From positions 192,001-256,000 of the forward strand of contig CAWBQK010000011.1 of assembly GCA_963791045.1 (NCBI GenBank): a stretch of DNA of 64,000 nt, in the 5' to 3' direction. The notes under the pieces are model-generated. The model ran no database searches. It had not been told where the DNA came from and was given only the letters and a program-made list of their open reading frames with translations. Made by a program: the position numbers and the translations under genes. This document shows, in pieces, positions 27,230 through 36,977 of the stretch. Position 1 is the stretch's first letter, and each line of letters starts with the position of its first letter. The DNA is from Candidatus Latescibacterota bacterium. GTDB taxonomy: Bacteria; Krumholzibacteriota; Krumholzibacteriia; WVZY01.

Positions 27230-30200
27230 GTGATGGCGTCTCCAACCCCTGATTTTCCCCGATACGAAGTGCTCACGCCCCTGGGCGAGGGCGCGGTAGC
27301 GACCGTATTCAAGGTGCGTTCGTCGAAAGACGGCTCCATCCGGGCGCTCAAGGCGCTCAAGCCGGAGCAGGCCGAGACGGAACGGGCCATCGCGCGCTTC
27401 GAAGACGAGTACAGGATTCTGAGCAATCTCCATCATCCCAGCCTCCCAGATGTTAACGATTATGGTGTGGCGCCGGACGGCACGCGGTTCATCGTCATGG
27501 AATATCTCGAGGGCGAGCCGCTCGACGAGTATCTCGCCGCGCATCCCGAGGATTTCTGGACGCTTCTTTTTCAGATGAATGAGGCGCTCGCATTCATCCA
27601 CGAACACGATCTTCTTCATCTCGATCTCAAGCCGGGGAATATCCTCGTCCGTAGAAGCCGCGCGTTTGGCGAGCGCGAGATGCCGCTCGTCATGCTCATC
27701 GACTTTGGGCTCAGCTACCGCCGTGAGTCCGGCGGCAAGGTCAAGCTCGTCGGAACGCCGGGGTACATGTCGCCCGAAGTTATTCGTGGAGAGGAGAACA
27801 TTACCCGCGCCGCCGATTATTACTCGCTCGGTGTCATTCTCTACGAACTTACCGAAGGCCGGCTGCCTTTTGCCGGAAGCATGCATGACATCCTCCGCGC
27901 GCATCTCACTCGCAAGGTGACCTTCGAGGCGAGGAAGGTCGAGTTTGCGGAGCTTGTTCCCTGGATCGAGAATCTCATGGCCAAAGAGCCGCAGGCGCGG
28001 CTGGCGGCATTTCAAGATTATCAGCGGACGATGGCGGCACGGATGGGGGATGACGCGGCCGAGATGGAGCGGGTGTTTGCGCTTGGTTACATCGATTCGC
28101 TCGGACTTGTGGGAAAGGAAGAGGCGTGGGACGAGCTCCGAACCTGGGCGGAAAAGCTCGCCGCCGCTGTTGAGTCGCGATCGACGGGTGTGCCGGCGGG
28201 TTCCGGTGAGGCCGCCGTGGCGGTACCGGATCTTGATGTCCCGGATCCCGACAGTGTTTTGAAGGGAAGCGTCACCGATCTCGAAAAACGGATCCAGGAG
28301 GATCTGCTCGCGAGTGCTGCCGTTCGCGAGAAAACCGAGGGCCCTATTGCGGAAATCCCCCGTGTGTTGGCCGTGTCCGGGCCGCCCGAGAGTGGGAAGA
28401 CCCACGTGCTCGACACGCTTGCGACGGAGATTCGGGTTCGAGGGATGCAGGTATTGCGGCTCGGTGAAGATAGTGACTACCCCACCATCGTTGGGGACGC
28501 GGGGAAGAAATCACAGAAGCCTTCCAGTGCCGTCGATCCGGCGGCACTTACCACAGACCGGTTTGTCGCGGGGTGGGAGAAACTCGTGTCGCTTGCCGAG
28601 GGGGCCGGTGCTGTTCTCGTTGCTGACGACCTCACGCGGCTTAGCGGCGAGGAACGGGACTTTTTGGAGTACGTGGGCAAACGGCTTGGCCATGTCGTGT
28701 CCGAGGGGACCGAGCCCAATCTATTTATTATTTGCGTAGGGAAATCAAAACCCGTCCGAGAGGTTCTTCGACCAGCGTTGATAGGTGATGGCGCGTTTGC
28801 GTCGATCGAGGTCCCGCCGCCCGGGACCGATGATGTCGAGGCAATCTCCGAGAGGTTCCGCGGGCATCTCTCCGGCCGCGCCGAGCAGCAGTCGCTCGAA
28901 GTGTTCCTGCGGAAACACCTCCAGTCGAGTACCGCACTATATGCGTCTTTGAAACAGGGAATATCCGAGGATGCGCTCGTACATCGGATTGGCAAGTGGG
29001 CATTTCACGAGAGCCGGGCGAGTGCGATCGAGCTCACCAAATCTTCCGTTGAATATTACGAGAGTCTTTTTGAAGAGCTTGCTGATAACGCCAAAGATCT
29101 TGTCGGTTGGCTTGCCTGTCATCCGCAGGCTCTGACTGTCGATGAGTTAGCCCAGGTGTCTGACCTGTCCGTGAGTCAAATCGTGGTCGCGAGCGAGGCA
29201 CTTCTGCCGTACCGGATCATCGATGTCGCGGATACCGACAAGGGTCGACGGATCGAGATGATCAGCGATCACGTCCGCGGTGGGATGTACAAAGCCCTTC
29301 GGAAAAAAGACCGGAATCGTATTCACAACCGGTACATCAGCTACTTTGGCGATCACGGAGATGACTCGATTGCCTACTTTGAAATGATGGCGCATCACTT
29401 CGCGAAGGTCCGCCGGGTTCGAGAATCACTCATCATGCAGGTACGTGCGGTGACGCGCGCGCGGCGGGATCGGGACGTATTCGCGCTCCGGCGGTTGTGT
29501 AAGGCCGGGATCGAGTATGTTCGCCGCCTCAGAAGCGCCGAGTGGAAAGACCACAAAGAGTCCATCGAAAGATACTTCATCAAGCAATGGATCAATGCCG
29601 AATGGATGGTGTCGAATTACAAAAATTTGATTGAAATTATTCAGCGAAACCGTGAAACAACTGGTGGGAACATCCCGATCGGTCATCGATATCGCTATGC
29701 AGTTGCGCTCGAACGAACTAATAAGCCACAATTGAGCGTAGAAATAGTTGAGGAGGGGCTCAAAGAACTTCGTGATTGGCCTTGTGAGACTTATCATCGA
29801 TTGTTGATTCAAAGAGCGAATATTCTAACAACTTTTGAACAGACAGATGATTCTTTGGGGATACTGGAGAAGGTCGATCTCACTTGTATTTCAACCGAAG
29901 ATCTCGCCCGTTACTACATCATAAAAATGATCAACTATGATAGAAGCGGAGAGCAAGAATCGTACGCAAAATATTTGGAGAAAGCTCGGGTTACATCCGA
30001 TCAACATGGGCATATTGAGCATCTTGTGAGGGCTCACTACAGCGAGGGACAGTCCTTGCTGAACCAATCTCGTTTTCAAGAAGCCAAGAGCATAATTGCT
30101 TCGTCTGTGAGGCTTGCGCACAAGACCCGCTATTATCGTGGGTTGTGCATTATGTACTTTTTGGGGAGTGCCGTGTTCTTTGAAGAGGGCAAATTCCAAC

Positions 30201-31090
30201 GAGCACTTTACTATTTAGATAAATCAATGAAGATAGCCGTAGACAACGGCTTGCTGACGGACGCGGATGAATTCGGTATCAGATATGCAATGATTTATCA
30301 GAACGTGGGTCTCTGGGGTGACGCTGTTAGTAGTTTAGAATCGATCAGAAAGCGTACGGATACAAGGGATGCCCTTGAACATCACTTTTATGCAACAGTC
30401 CTGTTGTTCAACATCTTGTCGTCTCTTAACTCTCGATTAATATCATCAGTCGCCGACCGACTTGAAACCATGATAGAGAGAATTAAAGCGCGCTACAGGG
30501 CTGCGGTATATTACCAAGTTCTTGGCGAGTTCTTGAAAACAAAGGATCGTCTTGACGAAGCGATCGGTGCCCTGGAGAAAGCCAAAGAGCTTTACGCGGC
30601 CATCGGATATAGTGACGATCTTGCCAGGACTGATATTGTCGTAGCAATGATCCGAATTGAACAACGCGAGTTCGATGAAGCCCGGAACATTATCGACCAT
30701 GTGGGGTCTCAAATTGGCGACATGGAGTCCAATAATGTGAGAGGGCAGTACTTATTAGTTGAGTTGCTGTATCATCAAGCTGCGAATACAAGTAAAACTG
30801 ATTTGTTCAGGTGGATAGGCCGCTGTGAAGATATCATGAATCAAGTGACCGAGATGGACCTGTTGATGAAACTCAATGCGAGCCTTTTTAGAGTTTTAGT
30901 AAAAGTGGGAGAGGTAGGGCGAGGACTAGAATATTTCCATCGTTACTATAGCCAAATGAGAAAAATTGTGTCTGGACTCCAGAGGAGTGAGTTAGTTGAC
31001 GATTTTAGCAATAGTCCAGAATTCTTAGGCTTGGTCGAAGAATATAGGGGGGTCACAAAAAACGGCCCAGGTCATTCATCTGGTGACTGA
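27230..31090 (+). CDS. Ser/Thr kinase - P-loop ATPase - TPR multidomain protein
   Basis: GEGAVA, ALK, HLDLKPGN, DFG, GTPGYMSPE; Walker A GPPESGKT; Walker B VLVADD; long helical-repeat C-terminus. Confidence 0.88.
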   Translation: MMASPTPDFPRYEVLTPLGEGAVATVFKVRSSKDGSIRALKALKPEQAETERAIARFEDEYRILSNLHHPSLPDVNDYGVAPDGTRFIVMEYLEGEPLDEYLAAHPEDFWTLLFQMNEALAFIHEHDLLHLDLKPGNILVRRSRAFGEREMPLVMLIDFGLSYRRESGGKVKLVGTPGYMSPEVIRGEENITRAADYYSLGVILYELTEGRLPFAGSMHDILRAHLTRKVTFEARKVEFAELVPWIENLMAKEPQARLAAFQDYQRTMAARMGDDAAEMERVFALGYIDSLGLVGKEEAWDELRTWAEKLAAAVESRSTGVPAGSGEAAVAVPDLDVPDPDSVLKGSVTDLEKRIQEDLLASAAVREKTEGPIAEIPRVLAVSGPPESGKTHVLDTLATEIRVRGMQVLRLGEDSDYPTIVGDAGKKSQKPSSAVDPAALTTDRFVAGWEKLVSLAEGAGAVLVADDLTRLSGEERDFLEYVGKRLGHVVSEGTEPNLFIICVGKSKPVREVLRPALIGDGAFASIEVPPPGTDDVEAISERFRGHLSGRAEQQSLEVFLRKHLQSSTALYASLKQGISEDALVHRIGKWAFHESRASAIELTKSSVEYYESLFEELADNAKDLVGWLACHPQALTVDELAQVSDLSVSQIVVASEALLPYRIIDVADTDKGRRIEMISDHVRGGMYKALRKKDRNRIHNRYISYFGDHGDDSIAYFEMMAHHFAKVRRVRESLIMQVRAVTRARRDRDVFALRRLCKAGIEYVRRLRSAEWKDHKESIERYFIKQWINAEWMVSNYKNLIEIIQRNRETTGGNIPIGHRYRYAVALERTNKPQLSVEIVEEGLKELRDWPCETYHRLLIQRANILTTFEQTDDSLGILEKVDLTCISTEDLARYYIIKMINYDRSGEQESYAKYLEKARVTSDQHGHIEHLVRAHYSEGQSLLNQSRFQEAKSIIASSVRLAHKTRYYRGLCIMYFLGSAVFFEEGKFQRALYYLDKSMKIAVDNGLLTDADEFGIRYAMIYQNVGLWGDAVSSLESIRKRTDTRDALEHHFYATVLLFNILSSLNSRLISSVADRLETMIERIKARYRAAVYYQVLGEFLKTKDRLDEAIGALEKAKELYAAIGYSDDLARTDIVVAMIRIEQREFDEARNIIDHVGSQIGDMESNNVRGQYLLVELLYHQAANTSKTDLFRWIGRCEDIMNQVTEMDLLMKLNASLFRVLVKVGEVGRGLEYFHRYYSQMRKIVSGLQRSELVDDFSNSPEFLGLVEEYRGVTKNGPGHSSGD

Positions 31091-31100
31091 CCTGGGCGTT
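31058..31100 (-). terminator. Terminator hairpin between convergent genes, overlapping the kinase 3' end
   Basis: GCCCAGGTCA (31065-31074) / TGACCTGGGC (31088-31097); A run on the left gives a U tract on the minus strand. Confidence 0.6.
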
Positions 31101-31134
31101 AGGTTAAGTTCATATGTTTATCTGGTTGAGCTAT

Positions 31135-31684
31135 CTAGCCGGCGATGTTGCCTCCGTACTTCGAAAAGTGGTGCAGCAAAGCTTTTGCCCGGTTTGGATG
31201 ATCGAAGGGAGATTCTCGATTCGTTCCCATCGTTCTGTCGAAGGGTTGTACCATTTGATCACGGTGACCACCCCTTTTTTTCGGCGGCTGTATTCTCCAA
31301 CTTCATTGTCATTATTACAGGCTCGTTGAAGTGAATGCCTTCGGGGCCGAACTCCACGACGAGATTCGATTTGTCGACCATGGCCATTGTGATGTAGGTG
31401 TCTTCATCCAACGCGCCAGGAGAAAAATCGAGTGTCACTCGTTCGTTGGAGATCGTCCCGCCTGACTCGGCGGAGATCAGAGATCCCTGCACTTTCACTT
31501 GGGAAAAAAGGGCCGGGTCACTGGGGGCAGATGCGATGCCGATGAAGTCCGGTTCAAACATGGCGCCTCCCGGACCGTCAACAGGCGCCAGCACTGAACC
31601 ATCCTCACAACCTATTGTGGCAAGAAGAAGGGTTAGGCAAGCAAGCAAGGCAAAGGATTTGAGTGTGTGACGGAAGCGGGACAT
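31135..31684 (-). CDS. ZU5-like lipoprotein (frameshifted near 31275 and probably near 31205)
   Basis: Lipobox TIGC; ISAESGGTI, LDFSPGAL, EFGPEGIHFNEPV; other frames continue IKWYNPSTERWE ... LLHHFSKYGGNIAG* with stop at 31135. Confidence 0.7.
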
Positions 31685-31736
31685 CTCTTCTACCCCCTAA
31701 GTTGACTTCCCAAAACGTCAGGCGATGAACAGTAAG

Positions 31737-31751
31737 GCAAGCGGGGGACCA
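31737..31751 (-). promoter_or_regulatory. sigma54 promoter of the ZU5-like gene
   Basis: Minus strand TGGTCCC-CCGC-TTGC. Confidence 0.6.
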
Positions 31752-32489
31752 TGCTCACGCGTGGGCCAGCAGCCCAGTTGTTTTTTTGAAAAGTTGAATT
31801 GTCCAATGCCTAAGAGGGCGAGGTCTATGTGCTTGTGGTGAAACAGGTTAGGGCGCGGGTCGTCCCGTCTGTATGTCAGAGTTGGAATTGTCCAGCGGTG
31901 AAATACGAAGCCCGGGTTTAAAGCGAATTCTTTTGAGTTGGGGCTTGGAACGATTCCACGGATGTAGATGACCTGGAGTTTGATTTGTAACCCGTTAAAT
32001 CACAGGCGTTTTTCGGGTTTGTGGCGGCCTTGCGCCACTGTGGTGTTTTTTTAGCTGTGAACAGAACCTAATTACCCATTGTTTCCAACTATCCCAAAGG
32101 GTAACCGATTGCCTCCGATCGAATCGAAAGGAGAATTCGTATTGTTTCCAATGATTCCTCCATTGCGAGCTTCAGAGGTCTGTCGACGTGAGACGAGCGA
32201 AGATAAATCGCAGATATTGATTCGAAGAGATTTGGCTTATTTCAGCAAACGAGAGTACTCAGCAATTTTCTTTGCGCGGAACACAGAGAACTTTGGTCCC
32301 CCCTGGGGGTCGACGTGCTGCACATTCAATCCGCATCGCTGCCTCCGCATAGTCAGACCAAGTGAATCCCAGCAGATGTTGTGTGAGGCAACGAGCCCAA
32401 ATCGTTCCCTCACACAACACGTTCAGCAAGTTGACGCCGAAAAACAAGCCGTTGTTTCGACGTCAATGTGTTAGTCGGATCTCCAATGG

Positions 32490-32504
32490 GCAAGCTGCGT
32501 ACCA
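32490..32504 (-). promoter_or_regulatory. sigma54 promoter driving an orphan transcript
   Basis: Minus strand TGGTACG-CAGC-TTGC; AT-rich IHF-like tract upstream; palindrome TGTCAATATATTGACA at 32654-32669. Confidence 0.7.
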
Positions 32505-32653
32505 CGCTTAAGACTTCGTTAACTTGTGTGTTTTCAATGAGGTCATGGTTTTAAGGTACGGATTCGAGAATTTTTTATGTGACAAATTTTCTTTACACTA
32601 TCGTATGTTAAGGGATTGTAATTGATTCGCTGAATCTATTGGCACTGACCGGT

Positions 32654-32669
32654 TGTCAATATATTGACA
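32654..32669. promoter_or_regulatory. Perfect palindrome, candidate sigma54-activator binding site
   Basis: TGTCAATATATTGACA (TGT-N10-ACA), about 150 bp upstream of the 32490 promoter. Confidence 0.6.
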
Positions 32670-32794
32670 CCGTTTCTCCAATCTTGGCAAAAATCAATTT
32701 AACGGTTCATGTTATAGGCGTTGATGAGCGCACCCAAACTGATCGGCCAATATTGGGGCGTTAACTAGGCAGTTGCTCATTGTGCAAAATATTG

Positions 32795-32823
32795 TTGAGT
32801 AGAAGGTTACAGTCTGATATAAT
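32795..32823 (+). promoter_or_regulatory. sigma70-type promoter of the peptide / activator operon
   Basis: TTGAGT-17-TATAAT with extended TG. Confidence 0.65.
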
Positions 32824-33061
32824 TCAATCCTCAGGGTGTCCTTCGATAGAGCTTTGACTTGACGGATATAAACGGATTACCAGAAATAAGCTGGGTTATT
32901 CGCATGTTGAAGCGACCACCACAATTGACGAGACTTATGAGTACGGTGCCCAACCGGCTGAAGCTCATCTCGTTTCCGCAAACCTGCGGTTCACAATCAG
33001 AGTCTGTCCGATCCTGTCCTTCCCCCGGTTATCTCGTGTTAGTCAAAAGAGGTGTTACACG

Positions 33062-33379
33062 ATGATTTCGAAATTTGTACGGATATCGACAGGTGCCTTT
33101 GTGTGCGCTTTTATGACGATGTTCCTAATAACGATCTCAGGTCTAATCCCAGTCGATGACGCCTTGGCTAGGGACACAGAAACCAAGCCCTACGTTGTTC
33201 CGGGTGACGCAGATGGAATTGGGGGATACAAGGGCTATGAATTCGTTGAGGAGCCCTCAGGCGTTACAGGGAGTGCGCATGGAAAGGTGATGCCAGACCT
33301 AAGAGAGAAAAACATCTTGATTTACTGGACATGCTCCTCGCCCTGGCTGGCAAACCTTTGCATTTTTGTGACACCATAG
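33062..33379 (+). CDS. Small secreted protein, candidate signalling-peptide precursor
   Basis: RBS AGAGGTG; signal peptide ending ALA; central GDADGIGGY motif; hydrophobic Trp-containing C-terminus; stops 10 nt before the TPR gene ATG. Confidence 0.7.
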   Translation: MISKFVRISTGAFVCAFMTMFLITISGLIPVDDALARDTETKPYVVPGDADGIGGYKGYEFVEEPSGVTGSAHGKVMPDLREKNILIYWTCSSPWLANLCIFVTP

Positions 33380-33389
33380 GTTGCGGTTA

Positions 33390-36300
33390 ATGACAAGACC
33401 AATAACACACCAAGAGCGCCTTCAGACTGAGTCCATTATTAATGCGGATGATAAGTTCCGCGCTATTTTGGAGTGTCCAGACTTTTTTCAAGATGTACCG
33501 GCATACAGTAGGGCAAGAAACTTAGTGGAGCGGCTTGTCGAATTGAATCAACTGCACTACCTTGATATCGCGAGCATGAATCTGGCGTTACTGCGCGTAC
33601 AACGGATGCGGTCTAATCTTGATCAAGAACAAGCCAAAAAAACTCTCGATAGAATCACCAAAAAGGTCGGTGCTTCAACTCCGCAGCGTTATCAATGCGC
33701 ACTTCTGAGGGCGGAAATTGGCTTGTTCGGCCAGGGTGACTTTGTTTATGCGATGAGAGAGTATGAAAGATTGGAAAAAGAAATACGATCTACGAATCAG
33801 CACTTTTTGTATGGTCTTGTTGTAAACGGTATGGGGCTTGCGCTTTCGGCGTTGGGAGACGAGGCGTCAGCAGAGGATCGGTTTCATGATGCGATGAGTG
33901 TATTCAGACGTATGGATAATCACATGCAATACGCATACAGTCTGAACAATTACGGTGTTTTGAAGAAAAAGTGTTGTCGATATGCAGAAGGGGAACGAGC
34001 TCTAAAGAGAGCATTGAAAATATTCCGATCGTTGGGAATGCTGGAAGGGCAAACGCTCTGTTACAACAATTTGGGGGTTGTTGGGCTGAAGACTGGCGAG
34101 TGGCAAAGTGCTCGATACTGTTTTGACAAGGCAATTCAATGTAAACGGGATCTGTCCAAAGGTGCTGTTGAAGACGACAATAGTTTTATTCGAAATTCGA
34201 GTATGATTGGCGAGATTAATCGTCTCCATCTGGATTTATTGAAGAGACAGTTTGAGGGGATAGAAGGACGATTTGTTGATCTAGTAGCAGCCGCCAGGAC
34301 GCTTGATAACTCAAGGTATGTGGCTTTGCTGCAGGAATTCTTGGCCGACTATAAGATGGAAGTACAAGAGCATTCTGAGGCCAAAGAATGTCTCCAGAAG
34401 GCATTGTCGACGACCCAAAAAATAGCACCCACAAGCGACGTTATGACGGAGGTCAAACGTCGACAGGCCCAACTCCATCTCCTGCAAGACGAACCAGAAG
34501 ATGCCAAACGAGAAGCGCTCGAGTGTATCCGACTGTGTATCAAGATTCGAGACAAACATGAGATGGGAGCTGCGCTCCGGATTCTTGCGGAAACGAATTT
34601 TAAACTCGGCCTAACCCAAAAAGCTGTCAATGCTTTCGAAGCCAGCATCAACACACTTAAAAGCATCCACGAGTGCTACGAGTTGATGCGAAGCTGTATT
34701 TCCTACAGCAAGTATCTGATCGAAACCAAAAGCGATGATGCTGACATCTATCTTCTCGAAGCAAGACAGCTCTGCAAGAAGCTCAAAATCGACTTTTTCA
34801 CCGCTCAGGTTCTGATCCTCTATAGCAAATATGATTTCAACAATGGAGACTATGGTATCGGCGAGGAGCAATCTGAAGCTGGCAAATGAGTATGCAGACA
34901 GACTGGACCCGAATGACAAAAAGGCGATTGCCCCATTGATCCGCGATTGGTACAAGACGCTGGAAAAGGAAATCCTCCAAACAAGCCAGGAGTCTGCAAA
35001 GAGACTCAAATCCCTGGGAAGAATCTACGAAGAGGCGAGATTTCCTCTGGAAGAACTGAAGCCCGAGCTCGCGACAGAAGTTGCTCGAAACGTCGGGGCC
35101 GAGTGCCTGTTCCTCGCAAAGCAACAAAACAGCGGCTATCGAATCCCCCTCAAATACAATCTGTCGATCAACGATGCGAAGCAGATCCTCCGTCGACAGC
35201 TAAGATGTGACGCGAAGACCCTGTTCAAGGGAAGCGATCCCAGATTCTGTCCGATGATGAACGGCAAAACGCTTGTATCGGTGCCGGGACAGACCGGCCA
35301 GGGTTTCATTCTGTGCGCGGTGGTCCCGGACAAAAAGTCATTTACACCAAAGGAATTGGAGTTCTTGTTCGCAAGTGTGGAGGCAATGGAGCGGGTTGCG
35401 ACGGAGATAGGCGACGTTCCTTACCAACTGGACACGACAGATTTTCTGGACAGCGATGAGGAGACGCTCGCGCACCCGGGAGGCTCTTTTGAAGAGATCA
35501 TCACGATCGACCCAGAGTTGATCAAGGTCATCCGACTGGCCGAACGTGCGAGCCAGAGTTCCGTCCCGATACTTCTGGAGGGCGAAACAGGTGTCGGCAA
35601 AGAACTGTTCGCCCACGCAATCCACGAGAATAGCCGCCGGAAAGAAGGCCCCTTCATTGCAATCAATGCGGGGGGCGTGCCGCTGAATCTGCTCGAGAGC
35701 CAACTCTTCGGACACGTGAAAGGCGCATTCACGGACGCGGTGTCGGACCGCGTCGGACTGGTAGAGGAAGCAAAGGGTGGCACGCTATTCTTCGATGAGG
35801 TGGGCGATATGTCGGAGGAACTCCAGGTCAAATTGCTCCGCCTGCTGGAGAACGGGGAGTTTCGCCGTCTCGGCGAAAACGATGTTCGCCACACAAACGT
35901 CAGAGTGGTATCGGCGACCAACAAGAATCTGGAAGATCGAATCGCAAACGGCCTGTTCCGGGAAGACCTGTACTACAGGCTCGCAACGGTGAGTTTCAAG
36001 ATCCCGCCGCTGCGCGAGCGCCGGCGCGATATCGAGTTCTTGCTGAGACATTTTCTGACAAGAGGCATCGAGAAGCTGGGATTCTCCCGCCGCCGCCTTA
36101 ACGTCGATATGAAAGCACTGGAAGCCTTCGAACTTCACTCATGGCCTGGCAACGTTCGCGAACTCAGGAACGAGATCATGCGAATATTCTCACTCATCGG
36201 TGATGGCGAAGTGATACGGTTTGGAATGCTTTCAGAGAGGATAAAAGACGCCTTCAGATCAGGGAATGAAAGCGGCATTCTCACGCAGCGCGTGGAACGT

Positions 36301-36426
36301 TTCGAACGCCGGCTCATTCTAAAGGCGCTGGAAGACAACTCCTGGAACCGCTCCAAGACCGCCGAGCAAATCGGCATTCCACGGACGACCCTCTTATTCA
36401 AAATGAAAACCCTTAATATAATGTAG
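33390..36426 (+). CDS. TPR-domain sigma54-dependent transcriptional activator (TPR - linker/GAF-like - AAA+ - Fis HTH); single frameshift near 34856
   Basis: TPR motifs (YSLNNYGV, CYNNLGVV); removing one G in GACTATGGTATCG joins NNGDY to VSARSNLK; GETGVGKE, ESQLFGH.KGAFTDA, FREDLYYRL, WPGNVREL, C-terminal HTH. Confidence 0.88.
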
Positions 36427-36457
36427 CCTCTGAGACCCAACACCCCACCTCAAGACT

Positions 36458-36490
36458 AGTGAAGGCCTGGTAATTCGCCAGGCCTTCACT
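36458..36490. terminator. Strong hairpin after the activator gene
   Basis: AGTGAAGGCCTGG-TAATTCG-CCAGGCCTTCACT. Confidence 0.7.
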
Positions 36491-36552
36491 TGCATAAATC
36501 TTTATTTATAAATCATATAGGGTTTTTCTGTTGAGGAGAATTCCGCCACATC

Positions 36553-36756
36553 TCAAAGTTTGATTTTTTGCTTTGGCTGAGCCTCACGCTCGAGGACGGA
36601 TTTGAGGCGGCGGCGGACATGCGGGCGATCCGAGAGGTCGATGACATTGAGCGCGATCATACGGCCGCACCCGGGGCACTTCTGCGCTCTCCCCATATCA
36701 AACAGTTGGAGAATGTGTTCTCCGCAACCTTCGCACTTGATGGTACACCCCGTCAT
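36553..36756 (-). CDS. Small zinc-ribbon protein
   Basis: CEGC...CPGC; RBS AGAGGA; basic tail. Confidence 0.6.
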   Translation of the reverse strand: MTGCTIKCEGCGEHILQLFDMGRAQKCPGCGRMIALNVIDLSDRPHVRRRLKSVLEREAQPKQKIKL

Positions 36757-36977
36757 CCCGTTCCTCTTTCACGCCCGATCGAAACCTGGCTGGAAAACAT
36801 CACCACAGCGAAGCAGACTGGATTGAGTGCCTGAGAACCTATTATATCGTATAAATTGTGATAATTCCAGAAACGTTTGAGCAAATGTTGTCGAGCTCCA
36901 CGTGGTATAATTATAGATTGAGGCAGATGGGTCGCGCATCGATGGATCGCAAAACGGCTCTCTCGATTGGAAAGACC

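Noticed and set aside
32079-32474. 131-aa plus-strand ORF in the AT-rich intergenic region
   Set aside because: TTG start, no recognisable features, and it lies antisense to a better-supported sigma54 transcript with hairpins
29600-35000. AT-rich region as a prophage or integrative element
   Set aside because: No integrase, transposase, tRNA target or terminal repeats seen; kept only as a compositional finding
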